NCBI RefSeq assembly: GCF_009914755.1
Contig: NC_060933.1
Direction: 5' to 3' (one strand)
From: the human T2T-CHM13v2.0 reference genome, Homo sapiens
Length of the DNA: 64,000 nt
Position 1 is the first letter of the stretch. Each line of letters begins with the position of its first letter. The position numbers were made by a program, and so were the translations under genes. A model generated the notes under the pieces. It did no database searches, was not told where the DNA came from, and was given only the letters and a program-made list of their open reading frames with translations. This document shows positions 1-15,452 of this stretch, piece by piece.

Positions 1-263
1 TTATGAACTGTTTTTGTATTATTGTACCTGGCACATGGCTACAGTTTTCAAATGAAAACTGTGAAATCTGCTTCTGTCTGTATTTTATGTATGTCTGTGT
101 ATGCATGTATGTGTAATATTTTTCTACCTCTAGAGACTATCCTAAAATTAACTTATAAAGAGCTGTATTTAATTGCCTTAAAGAAAAAGCACTTATACAA
201 ATTAAGTATTTTTTAAACTTTCAGAAAAATAAGACCTAGCGCAAATGTTCTTCAAGTTGATAT

Positions 264-696
264 TGTTAAAAGAAGAAACTTCAGCCAAATTAAACTTAAA
301 GAAGTTTAATTGAGCAATGAATGATTCACAAATCAGGCAGCCTCCAGAGTTACAGCTGATTCATGGAGACTCCAGGGATGCCTCATGGTCAGAACAAATT
401 TATAGACAAAAAAAGGGAAGTGACATACAGAAATTAGAAGTGAAGTACAGAAAGAGCTGGACTGGTTACAGGTTGGTGTTTGCCTTATTTGAACACAGTT
501 TGAACACTCAGCAGTGTCTAAGTGGTTGAAGTATGGCTACTAGAATTGGCCAAGACTCGGCTATTGTTACAGGAACGTACTCCTAAATTAGGTTTTCAAT
601 CTTGTCTACCTGTTAAGTTAGGTTACAGTTCATCCACAAGGACTCAAATATAGAAGTACGGAGTCCTTCTCAGGCTATCTTCAGTTCTCTTTAACA
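264..696 (-). mobile_element. Solo ERV1 LTR, MER57-like
   Basis: TGTTAAA...TTTAACA termini; minus strand reads like MER57 (GGACTCCGTACTTCTATATTTGAGTCC...CTCAATTAAAC); 4-bp TSD atat/gtat. Confidence 0.7.
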
Positions 697-939
697 GTAT
701 GATACGGGATAATCTTCAGTAAATAAAAATTTCTTTAAGTTTGTTGGATTAACTAAAGCAGGCATGTCTTCAGAGTTGTCAACATTAAATATAATACATA
801 CATACAGTTTTTTTCTACCAGGGGTTACTAGGCAAATAAGTTTGTTATTGTAACTAGATGTTTAAGATTATAAAACTGTCAGTTTAATCTAAGAGCAAAA
901 GTGAAAATGTGGTAGCTATTTTATTAAGTACAGCGGTAA

Positions 940-1300
<361 letters not shown>

Positions 1301-1584
1301 TTAACTTTTTTTTAGGTTCTTGCTTTTGTGATATTTGGCTAACATACATATGCTGTAAAAATTGTTAATAGGAAAATATTAATAATGAGATGTTGACTAG
1401 CTTTGTCTGTCTAATGAAATTTCATAAGTCAATTAAAATTAAGAACAATTGAATTATAGAATAGAATTCAATTGAATTCTATTGAATACACTTGCTGAAT
1501 ACAACAATTGAATTGTAAATAGAATAGAAATTATAAATGAACTTTTCAATAGTAATTATTTTTTAATACGGGTACTTAAAATTG

Positions 1585-2725
1585 TGTCAACTTCTTAACA
1601 AAAGAAATGGAGGCAAAATTAGTATAAACAGTTTATTTGGGCCAAATTTGAGAACTGCAATGTGGGAGACACGTCTTCAAGTTGCTATGAATATAAACTC
1701 CAATTAGCAGCAGTTACAAGCGGTTTTTTTTTTTTAAAGAAGGGGCAGTTCTTTAGTTGCATATAAACTATTGATTGGCTATACATTTTTTTTTAACCAT
1801 AAATTCCAGGAGCATGAACATAATGGGTGAGGGTCACATCCCCTGGGCATGGATTTGGGGCAGGATGTGACAAAAATCTCATACTCATGTCTCTCTGGGC
1901 CTGATAAATTTTGCATACTTTATATAGTTCAGACTCTTCTGAGCTACGTTTCTTTCTCTTCCTTTTGGTTGAGTTTTTTTTTCTTCTGAAAGTATTGATG
2001 ATCAACATTTTAGATGTAAGTTTGTCCCATGTCACTGGAAGACTTAGTTTTAGTTAGTCTCATCCCACATTGGAGGAAGAGAGGAGAGATAAAATGGCTT
2101 AAGAATGCAGTGAAGTCTCAAGGCCAAGTTGATTGGCAACACAAAGGGACAGGGCAATGGTATTTCAGGTCATCTGCTTACAAAGGAGCTATGGCATGTT
2201 GGATCATTTCTAAGCATCTAGCTATCATTATTTTAGTGTTTTTGTTGATTTTGGACATCTAGAAGTGCAAAGTATAATCAATTTGAGAATAAAAGACATG
2301 ATGCAAATAAAGACAATTACTAACAAAAGCCAGATCTGAAAAATGTTTTTATTTCCGAAGGCGACCAAATAAATATGTTTTCTACTTCTTGTGCTGATCT
2401 AAAGATCAATGTATAGGAGATCTCCAGTGATGAGTTTGTCCACTCAGGCAGAGCTGCCTTTTTAAAATAAAAATTATGAATGCATAAGTCAATGTATTTG
2501 AATTTAACTCCACAAGTATTGGTTAACAATACAGATATGGTCGCTTCCAAGGTGTTTGGAGGGAGTTTTGTATTTGATGGCATTCCACATTGGAGGCCAT
2601 GCTATTTGATGTCTTCATCTCCTGGAACCACACTGTATTGTTTGGACATATCTATCCAGACAGATGATGATAAATTTTGCATATCTCACATAGTTCAGAC
2701 TGCTCTGGGCTACTTTTCTTTCTCA
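1585..2725 (-). mobile_element. Internally deleted ERV1 provirus (MER84-like LTR)
   Basis: LTR at ~1585-1958 with an upstream purine tract on the minus strand; a second copy of only the LTR 5' ~57 bp at 2668-2725; flanks attg/atag. Confidence 0.5.
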
Positions 2726-3372
2726 ATAGCTTCTCATTGTTAACTTATGCCTGTAGAGTTTTGCTAAACTAAATTAGATAATGGACATTTATTAAATATT
2801 TAGATCATTTCCAAATAACATAAAATGCTGAAACATTAATTGCTTAACATAAGTTAATCTACTTTTGGTTTTTATTACAAAGGAACTAAATATATTTACA
2901 TCTGTTAAAAAACACTTTAAACTGTACTATGAGAAAGAATATACTTCTATAGAAATTATAAAATGGTATATTTATAGATTTACCATTTTATGGAATACCC
3001 CATAACCGTTCACAATTTCTTATTTCCTAGTTTTCACTAGAAATTGAAGTTACTAAGAGTTAACAATTTTAACTAATATAGAGTAGTTAAAAAGACTAAA
3101 AATAATAAGGGAGATAACTATATGCAAAGAAAGTAAGACATGTTTTTGGTAAGGAAAGCCATAAGGTATAAGGATGTGCTTTTTTTTAAGGAAAAGGAAG
3201 AATAATTTGGTCTAGTTTGGAGGTTATTTAAAGGTTGTTTCAGAATGAATGAAAGATAAAATCTAAATGGATACAAAAAGGAAGAGAGATGACACACACA
3301 CAAAATGAATGACTCTTGTATGGACAAGTTGGCTAGAACTGAATGTATTATAAGGTTTTAAAAATGAGTCTT

Positions 3373-3723
<351 letters not shown>

Positions 3724-4159
3724 TTAAAGAGTATTGCTCCAGTTTTTAAAAGTGATTGTGAAAAATTTTCCTTTCCCTTGTAACTAATCGGCCTACAAAA
3801 TGAAGATTTTGTGTTTTCTCAAAATAATTCTTTGTGCTTCGTGTTGCCTTTTTTTGGTCTTTAATTACTTAAGAAAATTGAATCTTCCCAACAAAAGAGC
3901 TAGTTTTGTTTGTTTTGTTTTTACAGTTATTAAACTTTCTCTATTTGCCTTTGAAACCTCTTAGTTGTTACTTTTTGTGTCTTCACAGTGACTTTTGATA
4001 TATTTAATCAAGTGTTTAAAACATTTGATATTTTTGCCAGACTTCCTAAAACCAAATTCTAAACTAAATCTTTTTTTTAACCTCAAGCTAAGTAGGATTT
4101 TCCAGATGGATTCCTGGAATATCTCAAAAGACTTTGTTTTCTTTCCTTATAGAAAGAGA

Positions 4160-4790
<631 letters not shown>

Positions 4791-5250
4791 ATTGCATAGG
4801 AAGTTGTCAAATAAGGGTGATGTTTAACCTTCTTATGTTATAATATTATTCATGTAAGTTTTCCAGATGTTCTGTGAACTTCTACAACTCCGATATGTCC
4901 TGATATGTTATCAGTCATAATTTTAGTTACCTTAAAATGTTGTGTTTCTCAGAAATAACAAATTACATTGTCAATTGCATTATAATGAACTTTCATCAGA
5001 TCTTTAACCATGGCCATTTTTAAGTCTGTTGTCATCCACAAACAGTAGTTTTACTCTGATACTTTCCTGAAAGTTATTCCAAATGCTTTGTTTGCAGGAA
5101 GATTTATGGAAAATATTGAAATGTGTGGGTTTCTGGTAACTTTAAGATCATAACATTGGACTGCATAAGAATTTCCAGGACTCTATTGGAAAAACTAAAT
5201 TTATAAAATTGCTAACCCAAGATCAAGTAGAAGAAAAATTAATTACATGG

Positions 5251-5596
5251 TGATATGGTTTGGCTGTGTCCCTACTGAAATCTCAACTTGAATTGTATCT
5301 CCCAGAATTCCCACATGTTGTGGGAGGGACCCAGGGAGAGGTTATTGAATCATGGAGTCTGGTCTTTCCCATGCTATTCTCGTGATAGTGAATAGGTCTC
5401 ATGAGATCTGATGGGTTAATCAGGGGTTTCTGCTTTTGCTTCTTCCTCATTTCACCATCAGGTAAGAAGTGCCTTTCAGCTCCCGCCATAATTCTGAGGC
5501 CTCCCCAGCCACGTGGAACTGTAAGTCCAATTAAACCTCTTTTTCTTCCCAGTCTCTGGTATGTCTTTATCAGCAGTGTGAAAACGGACTAATGCA
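5251..5596 (+). mobile_element. THE1 (MaLR) solo LTR
   Basis: TGATATGGTTTGGCTGTGTCCC start, ACGGACTAAT(G)CA end, 5-bp TSD catgg on both sides. Confidence 0.93.
5462..5520 (+). CDS. MTAP: MTAP alternative exon 10 (THE1-derived), encodes (G)KKCLSAPAIILRPPQPRGT
   Basis: Pyrimidine tract plus AG at 5460-5461, GTAAGT donor at 5521; 59 nt, phase 1 to 0; peptide matches my recollection of the C-terminus of the long MTAP isoform. Confidence 0.82.
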
Positions 5597-5883
5597 CATG
5601 GGATAAAATGTATTGATAATAATGATAATTTTATGACTTTTCGTTTGAAACATTGCTGTTTCTTTAATGTCTAATTTTTCAGATTTAACGTAACTTTTTC
5701 TTTCTTTCCTTAAGCTATCTATAGCTTACAGAAATTTAGCAGATTATACCTTTATCAACAGAAAAGAAGCATATACTTTCTCTCTTACCTGATCCCTCCA
5801 GAATTCAGAAACTATTAGCAAGTATTATTATTTCCAAGGCAATATAGTTATATGCATAACTGCAATAAGAATATGTTCTTCTG

Positions 5884-6223
<340 letters not shown>

Positions 6224-6300
6224 TTAGAAACACTGGTTATATTACCAAGGTTTTAAATAGAATATCATACTTAAAAATATGTGTAAAATTTTATATGACC

Positions 6301-6400
6301 AGCCGGGTGTGGTGGCTCATGCCTGTAATCCCAGCACTTTGGGAGGCCGAGGCAGGTGGATCACCTGAGGTCGGGAGTTTGAAACCAAGCCTGGCCAACA
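6301..6400 (+). mobile_element. Truncated Alu left monomer
   Basis: GCCGGGTGTGGTGGCTCA...CCTGGCCAACA, ending at a ggacccttaa tandem duplication. Confidence 0.85.
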
Positions 6401-6869
6401 GGACCCTTAAGGACCCTTAAGGAGATTTTAAGAACCTAATGAAGAAGAGAATTCACCCAAAATTATAGGCATTGCAGATGAAGTCTGATGACAAGTCCTT
6501 GGCTTGCCTTCCTAGCTTGGAAAGACTTTTTAAATTCTAATTTGAGACTCCTTATTAAAAGTCCCAGCAAAGTATACTTTGAAAAAGCTTATGTAATGAA
6601 TCACTATTCTTACTATACTTATGTAAGTAATCAGGCCAAGTGTAACGGGACTAGGCCTATTTTGCAAACAAATCAGTTTTACTGTGATTATTTTTGGAAT
6701 GGGCATGACTATAAAGAGAAAAACTATATATTAGTAGAAAACTATAGCACACCCATTGTTAGATTCTAGCCTAGTTCACTGTCTTTGAGGTTTTGTTATC
6801 TACTTGTAAACTGAACTGGATCCTGAATTCTAATTTCCTCCAGTATCTGGCTATGACTTCTACCGAGCT

Positions 6870-7258
6870 GACTACAAATTTGAGGGTTCCCTTGACCTCT
6901 TCCTCATGTTCAATAATTTACTAGGACAATTAACGGGAACTCAGGAAAACACATATGATTGCCAGTTTATAATGAAAAATACAATTTAGGAATAGCCAAG
7001 TGGAAGAGATTCATGGGGCAAGGTATGGGGGCTCTTTCTTCCATGCCTTCTCCAGGTGCACCATCATCCTAGCACCTCATTGTGTTCACCAACCCAGAAG
7101 CTCTCTGAACCCCAAAGTTTAGAGGTTAGTATGGAGGTTTTATTACATAGGTATGATTAGTTAAATTGCCAACCATTGGTGCTTGAACATTATCTTTACT
7201 GCCTTTCTTCCCCCAACCCCCAGAAGTGGAAAGGGGTGCTAAAAGTTACAACCCTCTT
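6870..7258 (-). mobile_element. MER21-like LTR fragment
   Basis: Motifs gggcaaggtatgggg, ccatgccttctccagg and accaacccagaagctctctgaaccc are typical of reverse MER21. Confidence 0.6.
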
Positions 7259-7272
7259 ATATTTGCTTTCAG

Positions 7273-7332
7273 GTGACAACTTTCAAAGTGAGTTGGAGCA
7301 AAGACCAAACATATATTTGCATGAAATCATGA
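7273..7332 (+). CDS. MTAP: MTAP alternative terminal exon 11, encodes VTTFKVSWSKDQTYICMKS*
   Basis: ttgctttcAG acceptor at 7271-7272; in frame with exon 10; TGA at 7330-7332; completes the recalled long-isoform C-terminus. Confidence 0.82.
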   Translation: MTTFKVSWSKDQTYICMKS

Positions 7333-7392
7333 CATCCTATAGTAATATTTGATTTTCAAACTCTGCATGTATAATAGTTACTTAAAATTTAA

Positions 7393-7398
7393 ATTAAA
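7393..7398 (+). terminator. MTAP: Candidate polyA signal (ATTAAA) for long MTAP isoforms
   Basis: ATTAAA 60 nt after the exon 11 stop, followed by U/GU-rich sequence. Confidence 0.55.
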
Positions 7399-8509
7399 TT
7401 TTAAAATGTACCAGTTATGCAGCTGAATTTTGGTACTTTTTCCCTTGGCTTTGTCTGGTATCTGAATCCACCATCATTTCCCTGTACAATATCTGCCATT
7501 GGAGATCCAATTGGGAAAATACATTTAAAGAAAAAATCTAAGAAGCATCTCATAGGTTGTGGTTCCCTTGCATCCACACTCATTATCATGGTATTATCTT
7601 CCCCAAGGTGGGTAATAGTATATCCCTGGCTAATATCAAGATTAGCACTAGCTGTCTGTAGATACCATTTAGAAAAGTTTTCTCTACATGTCCTCTCTCA
7701 CCACTCCTATTCAACATAGTATTGGAAGTTAAAAAAAAAGTTTTCTCTACTTGAAACTAAAATTTATGGCAGACTATATGCTTCCGAATGTTCTAAAACC
7801 TTACTAGAAGACAAACATTGTCAAAGGTAGGAATGTGGCCAACATGTCAGGTAACGCCTATAACAAATTAAAATCTGGCGATTGCTGCCAAGATACCCAC
7901 AAAACTATCGGAGGCAACTGCTGCTAAAAGACCATAAAGATGATTCTGGAGACAAAGGCCTGTGGAAGTCAATAAAATAATGGTCAAAGTGGACAAGATT
8001 TAAAAAAATTAGGATTCAGAAAGAAGCCAATTGTCATTTAGGAAACAATTATCTGATAACAAAGCTCAGTGCCCTCTTAGGGCTGACATTCATGTACATA
8101 TTAAATATTGTAGAACTGATAAGGCTTGGTGGATTATATTTGACAAAGGTTATTTGTATTTCAAAAAGGAATCAACTTTTGAGACAAAGGAATGCTTTAA
8201 TTCATTCAACAAATATTTGCCAAGTACCTACTTTAGGGATATGATGGTGTGTAAAAAAATTTTTGCTGCTATCATGGAGTTTAGAATATAGAGGTAAGGC
8301 CAATATTAATCTAGCAACATTAAATCTTGTGTAATTGTAAACTGAGGTAGATAAGTGCTCAAGAAAAAAAGGTTCTGTAAAAGTTTATATCAAAAGATCC
8401 TGATCAAAGAAGTATTCTAGGGGAAATAATCATTAAACTGAGAGCTGAAGGAAGAGTTGGGTTGAATGGCATAAATCTTAAAATGAGACAGGGTTTATAC
8501 CTGAGGGTT

Positions 8510-9330
8510 GGTATATTAGTTTACTAGGGGTGTATAACAAAGTATCACAAACTGGGTAGTTTAAATAACAGAAATGTATTGCCTCTAAGCTCTGGAGGCT
8601 AAATATCTGAGATCAAGGTGCTGGTAAGGCTGTTTCCTTCTGGGTTGATGAGGGAGATTCTTTTTCATGACTCTCTCCTAGATTCTAGTGATTTGCTGGA
8701 AATCTGGTGTTTCTTGACTTGTACACCTTTGCCTTTGTTATAGACTGATGTTGTCTCCCCCTAAAACTTATGTGTTAAAATCCTAACCCCCAGTGTGATG
8801 GGATTAGGAGGTGGCTCTTCTTTGGGGAAATAATTAGGTAATGAGTGTGCAACCCTCATCAATGGAATTAGTACCCTTAGAAAAATGACTCCAGAAAGCT
8901 CTCTCATCCCTTCTGCTATGTGGGGACACAGTGACAAGGGGGCCATCTGTAAAGCAGAAAGCAGGCCCTCACCAGACACTAATTCTGCCAGTGCCTTGAT
9001 CTGGGACTTCCCAGCCTCCAGAACCATGATAAATAAATTTCTGTTGTTTAAGCCACTAGCTTATGGTATTTTTGTTGTTAGTCCAAACAGACTGAGATAG
9101 CCTTCATCTCCACATGGCATTTTTTTCTCTGTGTCTTTGTGAATAAATTTCTTCTTTTTATAAGGACACCACTCATATTTGATTAGGAGTCTACCCTAAT
9201 CCAGTATAAGCTTATCTTAATGAATTATGCCTGCAATGACTCTATTTCCAAACTAAGTCACATTTTGAGGTATTGCAGTTAGGACCTCAACATATGTATT
9301 TTTGGGGGAGACACAATACAACTCTTACCA
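8510..9330. mobile_element. MLT1 LTR (minus) interrupted by an MLT1A/MST-like LTR (plus, ~8735-9098)
   Basis: MaLR motifs on both strands: ttagtttactagggg...aacagaaatgtatt and gactgatgttgt...cccagcctccagaacc. Confidence 0.75.
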
Positions 9331-12300
9331 GTTGAGAAAGAGACAATGGGAGCAAAGAAGATTTGAAATTTACCTGCTGACTTAGCTAGGTTAATCATGA
9401 GAGAACAAAAAGCTTTCATTTGAAAACGCTTCAGGAAATTCAGTGTTCTCAAAGGAGAGTTGGATTGTGTTTATACCAAGAAGGGGGCTGAAACTATCTG
9501 AGGAGGAGGTTCAGGCTATAAAGATTATACAGATTGATTATTGAGAAAAGTACAAAGGAGCACAGTGCAAAGTTTGGGAGGTGGAGAAGTTTGAGTCAAA
9601 AATAAGGAAGTATAGAGAGCATTATTGGGATGATGGGAAGGTAAAATAAACTGGCCAGGATTAATTGCTTCTATTCATATCTCTGCCTGATGAAAATGGG
9701 AGTGAGAAGTGTGATGGCTTTAGTCTCAAATGCCTTCTTGAGAAAGGCCAAAGAATTTAGACTGCCCAGTCCAGAACAATGTCAGTCCCAATAGGTATAG
9801 TCTCTGTTCTCCTGGCCAGAACTAGAATCAATTACTGGCTCCATCATTCACTAGATGTGTGCGTTTGGGCCAGTTACAGTACCTCTCTAAGACCGAGCTT
9901 TCTCATTCTTAAAATGAGTATAATAATAACACTTAGTTGAGGAAGCTTGTGTAGTACGTCTCAGTATCACTATTGAAGGGCTGGAGGATTCTCATGCCCT
10001 CGATAAACTGTGTGATCTCTCAGATCCTCTATTTTCTGATTTTAAAACTGTCATAGTAATGCTTTAGAGTACTGTAATAACAACTTATGGAGATCTTATT
10101 TATAAAAAGTAATTTGAGAAATAGAAAAGTAACACCTAGTTACTTTTTTCCTAGTTATTTTGGGCCAGGATTGTGTTCTGTGACTGTGTCTAAATGCACC
10201 ATGAGAGGACGCCCAGGGAAGGCACCTCCACTCCATTCTATCTCATTCCTCTTTCCTAGTGTGAGTTCATCCTGTGTGCTGATTTATTTTCCTTAATCCA
10301 CCTGGTCCTATCAAAGGGCCATTTCAGTTAGTTGCTCCACTTCAGTTTATGGGAGATAAGTCTTGTCCAGATTTTCCTAATGGCCAAAAAAGTCAAATCC
10401 TTATCCTCTTTGGGCTTTACTCAAAAATGCTTGTTCAGTTAGGGCTCTAGTTTTATTCCCCAGAGATTCTGCATGTTTTATACTGATCTTGCCAGGGCCT
10501 TCATCTTTTGGGCTAGTCTCTGGAAAATCTACCTCTGGTCCTGTGCACTTTTCCCCCTCTAGATTCTAGAAGGAAAAGCAATGAATAGCGTCTCCCACAA
10601 AGATATTTCCAAGACCTAAACCCCAGTACCTGTGAATAGTGAGAGTAAAATGATTAGTGGCTGCCAGAGGTTCAAGAGAAGGAGAGAAATATTGAATAGG
10701 TGAAGGACAGGGGATTTTTTAGAGCAGTGAAGTTATTCTGTATACTGTAATTGTGTATGCATGACATGTTTTTTCATAACCCATTGGACTTTACAATACA
10801 AAGAATGAACTTAAGGTATGCAAAATTTAAAAATCACTTAGGAGGGGGCAGGGCCAAGGTGGTAGATTAGAAGCAGCTCATGTGTGCTGCTCTCATAGAG
10901 AGGAAACAAAAGGGCTAGTGAACATTGACTCTCCAGGCTGATCATCTGAAAAACCATGCTGGGATCCATCAAGGCAGTGGGTGAACACAGAGTACAGAGA
11001 TGAGCAAAGTTGGGCACCAGCCTTTCAGGACTCAGAGTGAAGCCAAGAGAACCTCTCCAACATGGGAAAGGGTGAGTGAGTGAGAGCCCCCAGAGGAATT
11101 CACACTCTGCACAGGGACCCGCACAAGACTTGGAATGGGAGAATCCCCCTGGACCCCCTGGACACCTGCCACCACCATGCTCCTAGACTGAGGCAGAGAG
11201 CCAACTAGATGTTTTGCAGGGGCAACTCTTGAGTCCAAGGGGACCTCTACAAGCCTTGGCCCCTTGAGTAGACCAGCACTGGTTCCACAGCCCCAAAAGA
11301 GGCCACAGTTGCAGTGCCTGGGAGAAGTAAGATTGCCCCGCCCCCTCTTGCTGGACAGGGCTTGATGGCAGCTTCTGGCCCAGCAGTCCCACTTCAGCCT
11401 GAACTTGTCTGGCCACTCCAATCACCCCTCACCACTGGTATCCTGGCGGGCAACCCTCGATAGAGCTTCCAGCCCAGTAGTCCCACTTCTGTGTCAACTT
11501 AGCCCATGGACACAGCCTCCTGTTGTCCCAGGAAGCACTCAGACATTAGGGCAGGAGAATGTACCCATCCTCACCACTGATAGCCAGGTGGCCCAGTGCT
11601 CCTACTTCAATGGGGACTCAGCTGGAGGGCTCAGCCTCCCATTGTCCCAAGAAATGCATAGACAGCAGGGTGTGTAGCCCCAACCATCCCTGCCACTGGT
11701 AGACAGGCGGGCAATGCCTCCTAGACCTTCTGGCCCAGAGGTCCTATATCTGTGGGAACTCAGCCAGTGCGCACAGCCTCCTGCTGTCCCAGGAAGTATC
11801 TGGATGGTAGGGTGGGTGTCCCCAAACACCCCTGCTGCTGGAAGCCAGGTGAGCCATGCCTGTTAGAACTTCTGGCTCAGTGGTCCTACTTCTGCCAGAA
11901 TTTGCTGAGGGTCACAACCTCCTGCTGCCCTGGAAACACCCAGAGAGCAGGGTGAGCAACTCCACTCACACCTGCCTCCCATAGCCAGACAGGGCCCACC
12001 CAATAGAGCTTCCAACCCAGCAGTTCTGTTCTACCTGCACTCTGTGAAAAGGCACAAGCCCGTGTTTCTCCAAGAAGCACATGGATAGTATATTAGTGCT
12101 GACTTGGCAAGGATACAGCTTGTCTGCCAACAGCAGCTCCTGCCTGAGGGAACACCATGGACCCGAAAACCCAACAAAAAACATAGGCACAGAGACAGTA
12201 ATTGGAGGGGGCTCCTCCAAGACCCAGGAGTGGACTAGAATTGAAACCAGTCAACCAAAGCCACCTTATACAATAATGAAACCCCCAAGGGCATCAAAGA

Positions 12301-13044
12301 AGAAAAAAGCAAAAAAAAAAAAAAAAAAAATCCACTCAAATTACAGCAATGTTAAAGACTGAAAGAACAACAGCCCATACAAATGAGAAAGATCCAGCAC
12401 AAGAACTCTGGCAACTCAAAAAACCAGAGTGCCTTCTTTACTCCAAGCAACTGCACTAGTTTCCCAGCAAGGGTCCTTAACTAGGCTGAAATGGCTAAAA
12501 TGATGGAAATAAAACTCAGAATACAGATAAGAATGAAGATCATTGAGATTCAGACAATGTTGAAACCCAATCCAAGTAAGCTAAGAATCACAATAAAATG
12601 ATACGGAAATTGATCGATGAAATAGCTATCATAAAAAAGAACCCAACTGATCTGATATAGCTTAAAAACACACTACAGGAATTGCACAATGTAATTACAA
12701 ATATTAACAGCAGAACAGACCAAGCTGAGGAAAGAACCTCAGAGCTCAAAGACTGGCTCTCTGAAATAACTCATTCAGATAAAAAATTAAAAAAGAATAA
12801 ACAAAACCTACAAGAAATAGAAGATTATGTAAAGAGACCAATTATAGGACTCACTGGCATCTATGAAAGAGATGGGGAGAAAGCAAGAAACTTGGAAAAC
12901 ATATTTTAGGATGTCATACATAAAACTTCCTCAACCTCATGAGACAGGCTAACATTCAAGTCCAGGAAATGCAGAGAACCCCTGCTGACATTACACAAAA
13001 AGACCATCCCCAAGACCCATAATTATCAGATACTCCAAGGTTGA

Positions 13045-13462
<418 letters not shown>

Positions 13463-15019
13463 ATATATTCAGCATTCTTAAAGAAAAAATTTACAATCAA
13501 GAATTTTACATCTGGCCAAACTAAACTTCACAAGTAAAGAAGAAATAAGATCATTTTCTTACAAGCAAATGCTTAGGGAATTCATTACCAACACACCTGC
13601 CTTATAAAAAGTCCTGAGAGGAGCACTAAATATGGAAAGACCATTACAAGCCACTACAGGAACACATTTAAGTACACAGACCGATGACACTGAAAAGCAC
13701 CCACAGAAAAAAAAGTCTGCATAATAATCAGCTAAAAGCATGATTACAAAATCAAATCCACACATATTAGTACTAACCTAATGGGCTAAATGATCCAATT
13801 AAAAGGCGCAGAGTGGCAAGCTGAATAAAGAAGCAAGGCCCAATGGTATGCTGTCTTCAAGAGAACCATCTCACATGCAGTGACATCTATAGGCTCAAAA
13901 TGAAGGGGCGGAGAAAAGTCTATGAAACAGAAGAAATCAGAGGTTACAATCTTAATTTCAGACAAGATGGACTTTAAACAAACAAACATCAAAAAATATA
14001 AAGAAGGGTATTATATAATACCCTTCAATTCAATGGTTCAATTCAACAAGAAGGTATAACTCTCCTAAATATGACAGACATCTAACACAAGAGCACCCAG
14101 ATTCACAAAACAAGTTCTTAGAGACCTACAAAGGGACTTAGAACCCCCACACAATAATATTGGGAGCCTTCAACATCCCACTGACAGAATTAGACAGATC
14201 ATCAAGGCAGAAAATTAACAAACATATTTAAGACCTGAATGCAATACTTGACCAAAGGGACCGAATAGATACCTATAGAACTTGCCATCCAAAAACAACA
14301 AAAAATACATTCTTCTCATTGCCACATGGCACATACTCCAAAATCAAACACAAAATTGGACATAAAACAATACTCAGCAAATTAAAAAAAAAACAGAAAT
14401 TATACCAACCACAATCTTAGACCACAGCACAACAAAAATAGAAATAAGTTCTAAGAACATAACTCAGAACCATAAAATTACATAGGAATTAAACAATCTG
14501 CTCTGGAATAACCTTTGGGTAAACAACAAAATTAAGGCAGAAATAAAGAAATTCTTTGAAATTAATGAGAAAAAGATATAACATATCCAAATCTCTGGGA
14601 AACAGCTAAGGCCATGTTAAGAGAGGGAAGTTTATAGCACTAAATACCCACATCAAAAATTTAGAAAGATCTCAAATTAACGACCTAACATCACAACCAG
14701 GAGAACTAGAGAAGCAAGAGCAAAGTAAGACCCCAAAGCCACCAGAAGACAAGAAATAACCAAAATCACAGCTGAACTGAAGAAAACTGAGACACTGAAA
14801 ACCATACAAAAGATCAACAAATCCAGGAGTTGGTTATTAGAAAATATTGATAAGATAGATAGACTACTGGCTAGACTGATAAAGAAAAAAAGACAGAAGT
14901 TCCAAATAAACACAATTAGAAATGACAAAGGAGACGTTACCACTGAACCCACAGATATAAAAAAAAACATCGAAGACTACTATAAACACTTTTAAGCACA
15001 CAAACTAGAAAATTTAGAA

Positions 15020-15340
15020 GGCTGGGTGTGGTCGATCACGCCTATAATCCCAGCACTTTGGGAGGCCAAGGAGGGTGGATCACAAGGTCAGTAGATCATG
15101 ATCATCCTGGCCAACATGGTGAAACCCCATCTCTACTAAAATATAAAAAAAAAAAAAAAAATTAGCTGGGCCCAGTGGCATGTGCCTGTAGTCCCAGCTA
15201 CTTGGGAGGCTTGAGGCAGAGGAATCACTTGAACCTGGGAGGCGGAGGTTGCTGTGAGCTGAGGTTGAGCCACTGCACTCCAGCCTGGTGACACAGTGAG
15301 ACTCCATCTCAAAAAAAAAAAAAAAGAAAGAAAAAAGAAA
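15020..15340 (+). mobile_element. AluSc-like inside L1
   Basis: Alu dimer; TSD agaaaatttagaa. Confidence 0.92.
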
Positions 15341-15452
15341 AGAAAATTTAGAAGAAATGGATAAATTCCAAGACACATAAACCAGGAAGAAACTGAATCC
15401 CTAAACAAACAAACAATGAGTTCCAAAGTTAAATCAGTAGTAAAAAGCCAAC

